This document shows, piece after piece, positions 8,823 to 18,212 of a stretch of DNA of 23,833 nucleotides; positions within the stretch are counted from its first letter, which is position 1; each line of letters opens with the position of its first letter. The notes beneath the pieces were generated by a model. That model saw only the letters and a list, made by a program, of their open reading frames with translations, did not search any database and was not told where the DNA came from. A program made the translations under genes and the position numbers. Location of the stretch: the NCBI GenBank assembly GCA_965242925.1, contig CBDEUM010000041.1, forward strand, positions 1 through 23,833, read 5' to 3'. The DNA comes from Roseibacillus sp. GTDB taxonomy: Bacteria > Verrucomicrobiota > Verrucomicrobiia > Verrucomicrobiales > Akkermansiaceae.

Positions 8823-10379
8823 TTACTTGCTGCCGGGTTGTTTGTTGGCGTTGACGCCGATGGGGGCCTGCGGCCAGGGCGTCTTCCCGGGCGCCCACTC
8901 CCTGGGTTGTCTGGCGCGGATGGCGTCGACGTGTTTGACCAGCCACCTGGGCGGTTTCGCGTTTTCCTTGAGGCCGTAGATGTAGGGAAGGGGGGGGTCC
9001 ATGAGCAGGGGCTTGTCGCCGAGGGGAGGGCGTTCCTTGTCAACCTGGGCGAGGCGGATGGCCAGGCGTTTCACGACCCCGGGATTCTCCCCGGCCACGT
9101 CCTTCTTTTCGAAGGGATCTTTCGCGATGTTGAAGAGCATGTCGCCCATCAGCTTCCAGTCACCGCTCCTGATGGTGGGAACCCGCACACTGCCGGTGAC
9201 CTCGAAGACGATCTCCCTGCGCGGACTGGGGGCGTTCCGGAAGAGCATGTCGCTCATGTCGATCCCGTCGACTCTGGTGTCCTGTTTGGCACTGGCTCCG
9301 GCCAGCTTGATGAAGGTGGAATAGAAGTCGGTCACGAACATCATCCCGTCGTTGGTGGAACCGGGCCTCGTGTGCCCCGGCCAGCGGAGCAGGCAGGGAA
9401 CGCGTACGCCCCCTTCAAAGGTGGTGTTCTTGGTGCCGCGCCACGGCTTGCTCATCGATTCGAGGACCGGGCCGTTGTCGTTGGTGAAGATGAAGAGGGT
9501 GTTGTCGCGGAAGCCGTGGGTGTCGATGGCCCGGGCGATGCGGCCTACCGCGGTATCCAGGGACCGGAGCATGGCGTCGCGGATGGCGAGGGGATCACTT
9601 TCCTCCGCGGGGAAGTCGCGAGGCGGATTGAGAGGTCCGTGCACCGCATTGAAGGGAACGTAGAGGAAGAAGGGTTTCTTCGGGTCTCTGGCCCGGGCGG
9701 CGATGACCCTTTCGGCCTCGGCCGCGAAGAGGTCGGTGGCGTAGCCTTCTTCCTGGAGGGGTTTCTGGTTGCGGTGCCAGTCGTAGACCGCGAAGCGGGC
9801 CGGGGCATTGTGGACGATGGTCTTGGTGTTGTAGTCGATGCCCCAGGCGTAGTGGCCATACTGGTGCATGAAACCCTGTCCCATGGGCAGGTGTTCCTCG
9901 AGCCATTCGCCGCAGTGCCACTTGCCCACGAGGGCGGTGAAGTATCCTGCCTCGCGGAGGGCTTCCGCGATGGTGCGCTCCTTGGTGTCGAGGGCGTGAA
10001 TGCGCCGGGTCGGTTCGCCCCGGTCGTTGTGGGCGAGGGTGAGACCGAGGGCCTTGAGGTAGCTCGGCTTGCCAAAGTCCTCGGAGCGCCAGTCCATCCA
10101 GTTGCGGAAGGCATAGCGCCCGGTGAGGAAGGCCCCGCGGGTGGGAGCGCAGACGGAGTGGGTGTAGAACTGGGTGAGCTTCAGGCTCTCCCCGGCCAGC
10201 TTGTCGAGGTTGGGAGTAAGCCCCTTGGTGCAGCCGTTGAACCCCGGCTGGTTCCAGCCCATGTCATCCGAGAGAATGAAGATGATGTTGGGCCGACTCC
10301 CGGCTTCAGCCGCGGCCAGTCCGGCGGCCGGGGCAAGCGACAAGGCAAAGAGACAGGTCAGGGATAGCAGGTGTTTCAT
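8823..10379 (-). CDS. Arylsulfatase (formylglycine-dependent S1 sulfatase), exported
   Basis: Signal peptide, RPNIIFILSDDMGW, catalytic CAPTR(GAFLTGRY), GKWH, KPFFLYVPFNAVH, NDNG, EGGVRVP and GDWKL. Confidence 0.93.
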   Translation of the reverse strand: MKHLLSLTCLFALSLAPAAGLAAAEAGSRPNIIFILSDDMGWNQPGFNGCTKGLTPNLDKLAGESLKLTQFYTHSVCAPTRGAFLTGRYAFRNWMDWRSEDFGKPSYLKALGLTLAHNDRGEPTRRIHALDTKERTIAEALREAGYFTALVGKWHCGEWLEEHLPMGQGFMHQYGHYAWGIDYNTKTIVHNAPARFAVYDWHRNQKPLQEEGYATDLFAAEAERVIAARARDPKKPFFLYVPFNAVHGPLNPPRDFPAEESDPLAIRDAMLRSLDTAVGRIARAIDTHGFRDNTLFIFTNDNGPVLESMSKPWRGTKNTTFEGGVRVPCLLRWPGHTRPGSTNDGMMFVTDFYSTFIKLAGASAKQDTRVDGIDMSDMLFRNAPSPRREIVFEVTGSVRVPTIRSGDWKLMGDMLFNIAKDPFEKKDVAGENPGVVKRLAIRLAQVDKERPPLGDKPLLMDPPLPYIYGLKENAKPPRWLVKHVDAIRARQPREWAPGKTPWPQAPIGVNANKQPGSK

Positions 10380-10444
10380 GTTGCGCATCAAAGAGGGGCG
10401 AGCCGCAGATACAAGGATTCAGTTGCCTGATCCCTGCAAGGCGA

Positions 10445-10475
10445 AGGCCCGCTCCCCGGGTCGGGAAGCGGGCCT
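10445..10475 (-). terminator. GC-rich stem-loop downstream of the oxidoreductase gene (possible terminator)
   Basis: AGGCCCGCTCCCCG / CGGGAAGCGGGCCT form a 14-bp stem with one position that is G-U on the minus-strand RNA. It lies ~50 nt after the stop at 10523 and has only a weak U-tail. Confidence 0.45.
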
Positions 10476-10522
10476 GCTTTCCAAGGTGGATGCGGAGCTC
10501 TCCGTCCGGAAAGAGAGATTGG

Positions 10523-11896
10523 TCAGACCTTCAGGCCGTAGCCCTTGCGTGGATCGATGGTGACCCACTTGTTGGCTTCCTCGTGGTTGGTGAACTTGCC
10601 GGACGGGTCATCCCATTTCAGTTCCTCCCCTGGGAAGCGCAGGGCCACCGCGCCAAGGGCGAGGGCGGCCGACATGGGGGCGGCGTACATGAAGTTGCTC
10701 CCCGGCGCGTTGATGTCGCCCTTCTTGGCGGCCTCGACCCACTCCCGGTGGTGGTCGGTCCCGCGGAGCTTACGGTGTTCGCCCTGCCAGAGGGCGGATT
10801 CCTTTGCGATAGCGTCCTTGTCGAATGTGTTGCCCACCGCAATGGGGCGCGGGGTTCCGGCATGCGAGCCCCCCATGGCCGACATCTTGCTGCCCACGAT
10901 CATGCAGCCGTTCCCGCCCACATTGAGACCGGGATCGGCCCCGGCGGGAGGCTTGGGACGCTTGCCGCCGTCGTGCCAGGTCATCTTGATGCCCTTGGGG
11001 CAGACCTTGGTGGCGGGAAACTGGAAGGTGATCACCGACCACTTGGGATAGGCCACCCCGGCGGGAGCGGAGGCCTCAGCCTTGATGGAGGTGGGCAGGG
11101 TCAGGCCGCAGGTCCAGAAGGCGGGGTCCATGTTGTGGCAGGCCATGTCGCCCATGGCGCCAGCCCCGAAGTCCCACCAGCCGCGCCAGGAGAAGGGAAG
11201 GAATCCCTTGCCGAAGGGGCGTTCCGCCATGGGGCCGATCCATGAGTCCCAGTCGAGGCCCTTGGGAACGGGAGCCTCCGCGGGATACTTCGTCATACCC
11301 TGGGGCCAGATGGGACGGTTGGACCAGGAGTGCAGCTCAAGCACTTCGCCAAAGGCGCCGTCGTCCATCATCTTTTTCCAGAGCTTAAGACCGGAACCGG
11401 CGTGGCCCTGGTTGCCCATCTGGGTCACCACCTTGTACTTCTTCGTGGCTTCAAGAAGAGCCATGCACTCGCCGTAGGTGCGGGCGAGGGGTTTCTGGAC
11501 GTAGACGTGCTTGCCGAGTTTCATGGCCGCAAGGGCGGCAACGGCGTGCACGTGGTCCGGGGTGGAGACCACCACCGCGTCGATCTCGTCCTTGTGCTTG
11601 GCGAGCATCTCGCGGTAGTCGGAGTAGCGGGGGACGTCCTTGTATTTGTTGAAGTGTGCACCGGCCCGGCCCTGATCCACGTCGCACATGGCGATCAGCT
11701 TCCCGCCACTGGAAACCGTGTTGTTGAGGTCGCTGCTTCCCTTGCCCCCACAACCAATCTGGGCGAAGCGCAGGGGTTTGCCCTTGTGGTGATCGCCGTA
11801 GACGAGTTCGGCGGAACCAAGCGCCGCGGCGGCAGCGGTGGTGGTTCCCAGGAAGGTGCGGCGGGTGGGTTGAGCCGGGTGTTGTGAATTGGGCAT
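10523..11896 (-). CDS. Gfo/Idh/MocA family oxidoreductase with Tat signal
   Basis: TRRTFL twin-arginine leader from ATG 11896, then AQIGCGGKG, MCDVD, DYREML, VVSTPDHVHA, HVYVQKPL, TQMGNQ, LDWDSWIGP and WRGWWDFGAGAMGDMACH. Confidence 0.93.
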   Translation of the reverse strand: MPNSQHPAQPTRRTFLGTTTAAAAALGSAELVYGDHHKGKPLRFAQIGCGGKGSSDLNNTVSSGGKLIAMCDVDQGRAGAHFNKYKDVPRYSDYREMLAKHKDEIDAVVVSTPDHVHAVAALAAMKLGKHVYVQKPLARTYGECMALLEATKKYKVVTQMGNQGHAGSGLKLWKKMMDDGAFGEVLELHSWSNRPIWPQGMTKYPAEAPVPKGLDWDSWIGPMAERPFGKGFLPFSWRGWWDFGAGAMGDMACHNMDPAFWTCGLTLPTSIKAEASAPAGVAYPKWSVITFQFPATKVCPKGIKMTWHDGGKRPKPPAGADPGLNVGGNGCMIVGSKMSAMGGSHAGTPRPIAVGNTFDKDAIAKESALWQGEHRKLRGTDHHREWVEAAKKGDINAPGSNFMYAAPMSAALALGAVALRFPGEELKWDDPSGKFTNHEEANKWVTIDPRKGYGLKV

Positions 11897-12048
11897 GGGT
11901 AGAACTACAGCTTGTCGCCGGCAAACTTTCAAGAGGAAGAGTGGGTAGTCCGTTTGTGGTGGTCTCCTGCCGGGGCATCGTCCCTTGCCAAGGGAGGACA
12001 GGCCCTTTATTGAATGAATCACCGCAGCCCCCGGCCTGCCCTCTTATC

Positions 12049-13288
12049 ATGAAAGTCCTTCTTTCCGGAACGCTTGCCCTGCTTGTCCTCCATTCTTCCG
12101 TCCGTGCGGACTGGCCCCAGTTCCGTGGGCCCGATGGCCAGGGAGTGTCCACCGCCAGGGATGTGCCCTTGCAATGGGGGCTCGAGGAGGGAGTGGCCTG
12201 GAAGAAGAAACTCCCGGGCAAGGGGTGGTCCTCCCCGGTGATCGGTGGGGGCAAGGTGATCATGACCGTCGCGCGGGAGGACGGGGGGAAGGTCACTCTC
12301 GGGATGGTGGCGCTCGATGTGCAATCAGGGGAGGTCGCCTGGAACCGCGACCTCTTCACTCCCGATGCGGGAGAGGTGAGGAAGCGCCATTCCAAGAACG
12401 GGCTTGCCAGTGCGACACCCTGCCTCAAGGGGGACGTGGTCTACGCTCATTTTGGACACATGGGGAGCGCGGCCCTCAAACTTGCTGACGGGGAGGTCAT
12501 CTGGAAAGAGACCTTCAGTTACCCGCCGGTGCACGGGACCGGGAGTTCTCCCGTGGTGGTGGCCGACAGGATGATCTTCAACGCCGACGGGGCTTCCGAT
12601 CCCGTCATTGTTGCCCTGGATTGCAGGAAAGGGGAGGTGGCCTGGAAGACCCCGCGCCAGCAGAAGGTGAAGAAGACCTTTTCCTTCGGAACTCCACTGG
12701 TTCTTGAGATCGATGGGCGTACACAGGTGATCAGCCAGGCCAGCGGGAAGGTGGCGGCCTACGATCCGAAGGATGGGAGTGAGATCTGGATGGTCCGCTA
12801 CGGAGAGGGCTACTCGGTGGTGCCCCGTCCGGTCTTCGCCAATGGACTGCTTTATGTGGCGACCGGATTCGATCGGGCCTCCCTGCTCGGTATCCGTCCG
12901 CAGGGTGCGAAGGGGAGATGTCACTGATACGCACGTGGTCTTCAAGGAGACCCGCTATATTCCCAAGACCCCGAGCTTCGTGGCGAGCGGGGGCTATCTC
13001 TACCTCGTCGATGACACGGGTTCGCTCACCTGCCGAGACGCGAAGAGTGGCGAACTGAAGTGGAGGGAGAAGATCCCGGGAAACTTTTCCTCCTCCCCCG
13101 TCCTGATCGGCAACAAGCTCTATCTTGCCACCGAGGATGGCGTGGCCTACGTGGCCGAGGTTTCGCCCAAGGGCGGGAAGATTGTCTTTGAACTGGAAAT
13201 GGAGGAGCGGATCTTTGCCTCCCCGGCTCTCATCGATGGAGCCCTTTTCCTGCGCTCCGAGGAGCACCTATGGAAGATTGGCGGCTAA
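12049..13288 (+). CDS. PQQ-binding-like beta-propeller repeat protein (BamB-like, PVC type; ~412 aa when repaired). Split by a +1 G at 12912-12915 into ORFs ending at 12927 and 13288.
   Basis: Signal peptide then ADWPQFRGPDGQG, GWSSPVI, ASATP, GSSPVV, FGTP, AYDPKDGSEIW and VVPRP. The shifted frame continues GDVTDTHV..TPS..CRDAKSGELKWRE..FSSSPV..FASPA..LFLRSEEHLWKIG. Confidence 0.85.
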
Positions 13289-13441
13289 TCCGGTCCGCGA
13301 GGAGCCCGCTCCGGGCATGTCCTGCGGGATGTCGAAGAGAAAGGGGCCCAAGTGGTGTGTCCGACCGCAACTCTTGCAGGTTGGAGGGGTTTAAATGGTT
13401 GCGACGATCAAGATACGTCCAAATGACCGTAGAAGAGTAAG

Positions 13442-14169
13442 ATGAATACAAATAAAGGACTTTTATACCTCGCTATTGTTGGCCTGATGCTGGGAACCGG
13501 CGCCACCGGATGGGCTCAGGCAACGGACCGGGCCCCGGCTGACCGACCTCAAGGTGAAAGGCCCCGGCCTCGAGGTGACCGGCCTCAAGGTGAAAGGTGG
13601 CCTCGAGGTGACCGACCTCAAGGTGACCGGCCTCAAGGTGACCGCCTCAAGGTGACCGGCCTCAAGGTGACCGACCTCAAGGTGACCGGCCTCAAGGTGG
13701 CAGGCCGCCGGGTGGTAGAGCGCCCACAGGGTTGATGGGGGTGATCGACCGGAACGGTAACGGGACAATCGAGGCGGATGAGATTGATATGGCAGTGGTT
13801 TCCCTGCGCAAGCTGGATCGCAACAAGGATGGCAAGGTCACCCGGGATGAAGTTGGCGGGTCAGCCTCGGAATCCTCGAGGCGGTTCGTACGGAGGCTGC
13901 CGTCCCTCTCTTCCCTGGACAAGGATAGTGATGGGAAGATCAACAAGGAGGAAGCCCCGGAGCGGATGCGGGAGAATTTCGATCGTACGGACACGAATGG
14001 TGATGGGTTCATCGATTCGAAGGAATTTGATGCGGTCTTGCAGCGCATCCGCAGTGGTCAACGTCCGGGTCAGCGCCCGAGCCGGAGACCCGGGGGCCAG
14101 GAGCCGGGAGAGGGCGAGGGAGGGAGCGACCAGCCCCGGCGACCCGCACCCAAGAAGGACGCCGAATAG
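13442..14169 (+). CDS. Exported EF-hand domain protein with N-terminal (DRPQG)n repeats (~242 aa when repaired). Split by a 1-nt deletion at ~13644 into ORFs 13442..13735 and 13732..14169.
   Basis: Signal peptide MNTNKGLLYLAIVGLMLGTGATGWA|Q and DRPQG repeats in the first frame. The second frame has four EF-hand loops: DRNGNGTIEADE, DRNKDGKVTRDE, DKDSDGKINKEE and DTNGDGFIDSKE. Confidence 0.8.
13541..13698 (+). repeat. Coding tandem repeat (VNTR), 15-bp unit GACCG(G/A)CCTCAAGGT
   Basis: Units start at 13541, 13577, 13610, 13625, 13640 (only 14 nt), 13654, 13669 and 13684. Two variant units GAAAGG..CCTCGAGGT occur at 13556-13576 (21 nt) and 13592-13609 (18 nt). Confidence 0.95.
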
Positions 14170-14214
14170 GATCCGGGCACGGAGCACGAACCGGTAGCGG
14201 TTAAAGAACTTCTG

Positions 14215-16698
14215 ATGAAGATGCGCATCCATCTCCTTCTCATAGGGGTTCTTTGCCTTGGGGCGTCCGGCTTGATGCCGGCGCAGGCCGAGGAGGAAGC
14301 GCCCAGTGCAGAAGAGGTGAAGTTCTTTGAAGCGAAGATCCGGCCCGTGTTCGCGGATTACTGTTACAAGTGTCACTCCGCCGACGAGAAGATAAAGGGT
14401 GGCCTCCAGCTGGATACGCGTGAAGGGCTGCGCCACGGTGGCGATTCGGGTCCGGCCCTGGTGCCAGGCAACCCGGAGGAAAGTCTGCTCTGGACCGCGA
14501 TCAGCTGGCAGGACGAAGACTATGAGATGCCGCCCAAGCAGAAGCTGTCGGAGAGCATCAGGGCGGATTTCCGGAAGTGGATTGAGATGGGAGCCCCGGA
14601 TCCCCGGGAGGGGGAGAAGATTGTGCTCAAGACCGAGATCGATATAGCGGAGGGACGCCAGTTCTGGTCCTTCCAGAAACCGGAGAAGACGAGCTTGCCT
14701 GCGGTCGAGGCAGTCGACTGGCCGCAGTCGGAGGTGGACCGCTTCCTGCTGGCGGCCTTGGAGGAAGAAGGACTCGTCCCGGCCAGGGATGCGGAGGCCG
14801 ATGCCCTCCTGCGCCGGCTTTATATTGACCTGATCGGACTGCCCCCGACCCCGCAAGAGTTTGCTGCCTACGGAGTGGCCTGGCGCAAGGATCCCGTCGC
14901 GGCCTACCGGGCCAAGGTGGACGAACTGCTGGCCAGGCCCCAGTTTGGTGAACGTTGGGGCCGGCACTGGCTGGACGTGGCGCGCTATGCGGAATCCAGC
15001 GGCAAGGAGATCAACATGACCTATCCGCATGCCTGGCGCTACCGTGACTACGTCATCGATTCGTTCAATGAGGACAAGCCTTACGATCAATTTGTGAGAG
15101 AGCAGGTCGCGGGGGACCTGCTTGAGATTGAGAGCGATGAGGACTGGCAGGAAAACCTGATCGCCACCGGTTTCCTGGCGCTGGGGCCGAAAGGATTGAA
15201 CGAGCGGAACCCTCGACAATTCGCCCTCGATCTCGCCGACGAACAGATCGACGTGATGACCCAGGCCATCCTGGGGCTGACGGTCTCCTGTGCCCGTTGT
15301 CATGACCACAAGTCGGATCCCATTCCGACGACGGACTACTATGCCCTGTCCGGTATTTTCCAGAGCACGCGGACTTATTTCGGGACCGTCAACCTGGCGG
15401 TCAGTCGCCGGGGGACGAAACTGCTCGATCTTCCGGTTGCCGACGAGGCCCCCCTGCGCTCGATGTCGTCACGGGAAATGGCGTTTGTGAAGGAGCGGCT
15501 GGAGGATGCGGAGGGGCAACTGGAGGAGCTACAGCGCTCGGCCCGGGAAAGGCGCCGGGACGGGGGGAACAACAATTTCCAGCAGCAGATCCTGCGTCTG
15601 CGCCGGACCGTGACGGGGTTCCGGGCCCGCCTCAACGGGGTCGATTCCGACGGGGTGGGCAAGAGCCTCGGGATGGGAGTGCAGGACTATCCCCGCCCGG
15701 TGGATCCCGTCGTCCTGGTGCGGGGAGAACTGGACAAGCCGGCCCAGGAAGTCCCGAGGGGGTTTCTCCAGGTGCTGGCCCATGAAGGGACGTCGGAAGC
15801 CCTTCCCGCGGATAGCAGTGGGCGCCTCGAACTGGCGCAGTGGCTCACCTCGGCGGAGAATCCCCTCCCGGCCCGGGTGATGGTGAACAGGATCTGGCAG
15901 AAGCTTTTTGGGCAGGGCCTGGTGACCTCCACCAGTAACTTCGGAGCCACGGGGCAGGCGCCCTCGCACCCGGAATTGCTGGATTACCTGGCGGTGCGCT
16001 TCGTGGAGGAGGGCTGGTCGGTGAAAGCGATGATTCGCGAGCTGGTCAACACGCGGATCTACCAGCTGAGCTCGGAGTTCAACAAGGAGGCTTATCTGAA
16101 GGATCCAGACAACGTCCTGCTGTGGCGTTTCACGCCCCGCCGCCTCGATGCGGAAGTCCTGCGCGATGCCATGCTGTGTGCGAGCGGAGAGATGGACCTG
16201 GAGCGCCCCCGGGGATCGACAGTGGCGAGGGCGGGAGATACTGTTGTCGGACAGCGCCTTTCCCCCGAGTTGCTCAACCGGCAGGTCACCTATCGCTCGG
16301 TCTACCTCCCTTTCGTGCGGGACGGCTTGCCGGAGTCCCTCGCCCTCTTTGACGCGGCTGATCCGAACCTGGTGACCGGGGAGCGTGAATCCACCAATGT
16401 TCCCGGCCAGGCCCTCTACCTGATGAACAACGGTTTTGTGCTCCGGCGTGGCGATGTCATGGCCCAGCGCCTGATCGAGGAGGCCCAGGAGGCTGAAGAA
16501 CGGATCAGGCTGGCCTTCAAGCTGGCCTACGGGCGCAAGGCGAGCACCCTGGAAGTTGAACAGGCGAAGGGTTTTCTCTGGAGTTTCACCGCGACCGCGG
16601 TGAAGAAGGGCGAGGAGCGCAGCAGGGCCGGATACAAGGCTCTCCGCGCCTTCTGCCAGGCGCTGCTCGTCTCCGCCGAGTTCCGCTACCTCAACTGA
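14215..16698 (+). CDS. PSD1 and planctomycete cytochrome C domain protein (PSCyt1 + DUF1549 + DUF1553)
   Basis: Signal peptide, FFEAKIRPV..CYKCH (14362-14376), GGLQLDT, MPPK, WIEMGAPDP, WSFQKP, LLRRLYIDLIGLPPT, GERWGRHWLDVARYAES, CARCHDHK (CxxCH at 15289-15303), ARVMVNRIWQ..FGQGLV, PSHPELLDYLA, RRLDAE..RDAML, QALYLMN and EFRYLN. Confidence 0.93.
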   Translation: MKMRIHLLLIGVLCLGASGLMPAQAEEEAPSAEEVKFFEAKIRPVFADYCYKCHSADEKIKGGLQLDTREGLRHGGDSGPALVPGNPEESLLWTAISWQDEDYEMPPKQKLSESIRADFRKWIEMGAPDPREGEKIVLKTEIDIAEGRQFWSFQKPEKTSLPAVEAVDWPQSEVDRFLLAALEEEGLVPARDAEADALLRRLYIDLIGLPPTPQEFAAYGVAWRKDPVAAYRAKVDELLARPQFGERWGRHWLDVARYAESSGKEINMTYPHAWRYRDYVIDSFNEDKPYDQFVREQVAGDLLEIESDEDWQENLIATGFLALGPKGLNERNPRQFALDLADEQIDVMTQAILGLTVSCARCHDHKSDPIPTTDYYALSGIFQSTRTYFGTVNLAVSRRGTKLLDLPVADEAPLRSMSSREMAFVKERLEDAEGQLEELQRSARERRRDGGNNNFQQQILRLRRTVTGFRARLNGVDSDGVGKSLGMGVQDYPRPVDPVVLVRGELDKPAQEVPRGFLQVLAHEGTSEALPADSSGRLELAQWLTSAENPLPARVMVNRIWQKLFGQGLVTSTSNFGATGQAPSHPELLDYLAVRFVEEGWSVKAMIRELVNTRIYQLSSEFNKEAYLKDPDNVLLWRFTPRRLDAEVLRDAMLCASGEMDLERPRGSTVARAGDTVVGQRLSPELLNRQVTYRSVYLPFVRDGLPESLALFDAADPNLVTGERESTNVPGQALYLMNNGFVLRRGDVMAQRLIEEAQEAEERIRLAFKLAYGRKASTLEVEQAKGFLWSFTATAVKKGEERSRAGYKALRAFCQALLVSAEFRYLN

Positions 16699-16716
16699 AT
16701 CCGTCCCAAGCGAATC

Positions 16717-18144
16717 ATGATGTCCAACCCAGAGCTCTTTTCCCGGCGCACCGCGCTCAAGTCCATCTCGAGCGGGTTCGGCTACCTGGCCTTTGCGGCC
16801 CTCGCTGACCAGCAGGCCCGGGCAGAGAAAAAGGCCAGCGCGGGAGCATCCGGTCCGCTGGCGGCCAGGGAGCCGCACTTTGCAGCCCGGGCCAAGCGCG
16901 TGATCTTTCTTTCCATGCGGGGAGCGCCCTCGCACGTGGACACCTTCGATTACAAGCCGCAATTGGCGAAGGATGATGGCAAGGAAGGCAAGTTCGGGCG
17001 CCTGCGTGGGGGGCGTCTGCTCGGTTCTCCCTGGGAGTTTTCGCAACATGGGGAGAGTGGCCTGTGGATCTCGGAACTGATGCCTGAGATTTCCGCCCAC
17101 GCCGATGAACTCTGCCTCCTCAGCGGAATGCACACCGATCTGCCCAACCACCCGCAGGCGCAGGTGCAGATGCATACGGGCAACCACCAGTTTGTGCGGC
17201 CGTCGCTGGGAGCGTGGGCCCTTTACGGACTGGGCAGTGAGAATGCCAATTTGCCCGGCTTTATTGCGCTCAATCCCGGGAATGGTTCGGCCCAGCATTT
17301 CGGAAGTGCCTTTCTGCCCGCGATTTATCAGGCGGCGCGCTTTGGAACGGCCGGGGGTCGCGGGAACGTCGCGCGCCGGGGGCGGGGCAGTGGACCGCAG
17401 GAAAGCGTTCCCAACATCAAGAATCCCAGCCTGGAAACGGACCTGCAGCGCCTGCAACTCGACTATGTGCAGAAACTCAACCGTGCCAAGCTGGGCAGGG
17501 ACGTCCACCAACCTGCGGTGGAGGGCGTGATTGAATCCTTCGAACTGGCCTTCCGCATGCAGGACGAAGTGCCGGGACTCATGGATCTTTCGGATGAGTC
17601 GAAGCAGACTCTCGCGCTTTATGGAATCGACGGGAGCGCCACCGAGCGGTTTGGGCGGCAATGTCTCCTGGCGCGACGTTTTGTGGAGGCCGGGGTGCGC
17701 TTTGTGGAATTATCCCACGGTAACTGGGATCATCATCGTAATCTCAGCGAAGATCTCCCGGCGCGTTGCAACGAGATCGACAGGCCTGTTGCAGGACTCC
17801 TGGCGGACCTCAAGCGTCGCGATCTGCTCAAGGACACGCTGGTGATCTGGGCTGGCGAATTCGGACGCACGCCCCATGGACAGGGCGGTGACGGGCGTGA
17901 TCACAACAACAAGGGGTACACCACCTGGATGGCAGGCGGAGGAGTGAAGGGCGGATTCCGATACGGGGCGACCGACCCACACGGCTATGAAGCAGTGGCG
18001 GGCAAAATGCATATTCATGACTGGCATGCCACCATCCTCCACCTGCTTGGGCTTGATCACGAGAAGCTGACCTACAACCACGCCGGTCGCGACTTTCGTC
18101 TGACCGACGTTCACGGGGTGGTGGCCAAGAAGATCCTCGCGTAG
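16717..18144 (+). CDS. DUF1501 domain-containing protein (Tat-exported, sulfatase/phosphatase-fold-like)
   Basis: SRRTALK Tat leader, AKRVIFLSMRGAPSHVDTFDYKP, RPSLGAW..YGLGSEN..LPGFI, FGRQCLLARRFVEAGVRFV, WDHH, GEFGRTP..GRDHN and RDFRLTDVHG. It starts 18 nt after its usual DUF1553 partner. Confidence 0.93.
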   Translation: MMSNPELFSRRTALKSISSGFGYLAFAALADQQARAEKKASAGASGPLAAREPHFAARAKRVIFLSMRGAPSHVDTFDYKPQLAKDDGKEGKFGRLRGGRLLGSPWEFSQHGESGLWISELMPEISAHADELCLLSGMHTDLPNHPQAQVQMHTGNHQFVRPSLGAWALYGLGSENANLPGFIALNPGNGSAQHFGSAFLPAIYQAARFGTAGGRGNVARRGRGSGPQESVPNIKNPSLETDLQRLQLDYVQKLNRAKLGRDVHQPAVEGVIESFELAFRMQDEVPGLMDLSDESKQTLALYGIDGSATERFGRQCLLARRFVEAGVRFVELSHGNWDHHRNLSEDLPARCNEIDRPVAGLLADLKRRDLLKDTLVIWAGEFGRTPHGQGGDGRDHNNKGYTTWMAGGGVKGGFRYGATDPHGYEAVAGKMHIHDWHATILHLLGLDHEKLTYNHAGRDFRLTDVHGVVAKKILA

Positions 18145-18212
18145 GAGAGACCCGCTACGAGGGTGCCCCGGATATGTTCCGGAGGTCCTTGACTGGATCA
18201 ATTCGACCGAAG

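Noticed and set aside
8742..10367. 541-aa plus-strand ORF
   Set aside because: It lies antisense to the arylsulfatase, which has a complete set of family motifs.
11884..12048. Overlapping N-terminal extensions of the divergent oxidoreductase (to 12022) and propeller (from 11884) ORFs
   Set aside because: The export signals begin at ATG 11896 (Tat) and ATG 12049 (Sec), so the interval is better read as a divergent promoter region.
13541..13698. Possible CRISPR array
   Set aside because: The units are 15-bp head-to-tail repeats without unique spacers, they encode DRPQG in a signal-peptide-bearing ORF, and there are no cas genes.
13861..17661. Minus-strand ORFs 13861..15309 and 15529..17661
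   Set aside because: They are antisense shadows of the DUF1553 and DUF1501 genes.
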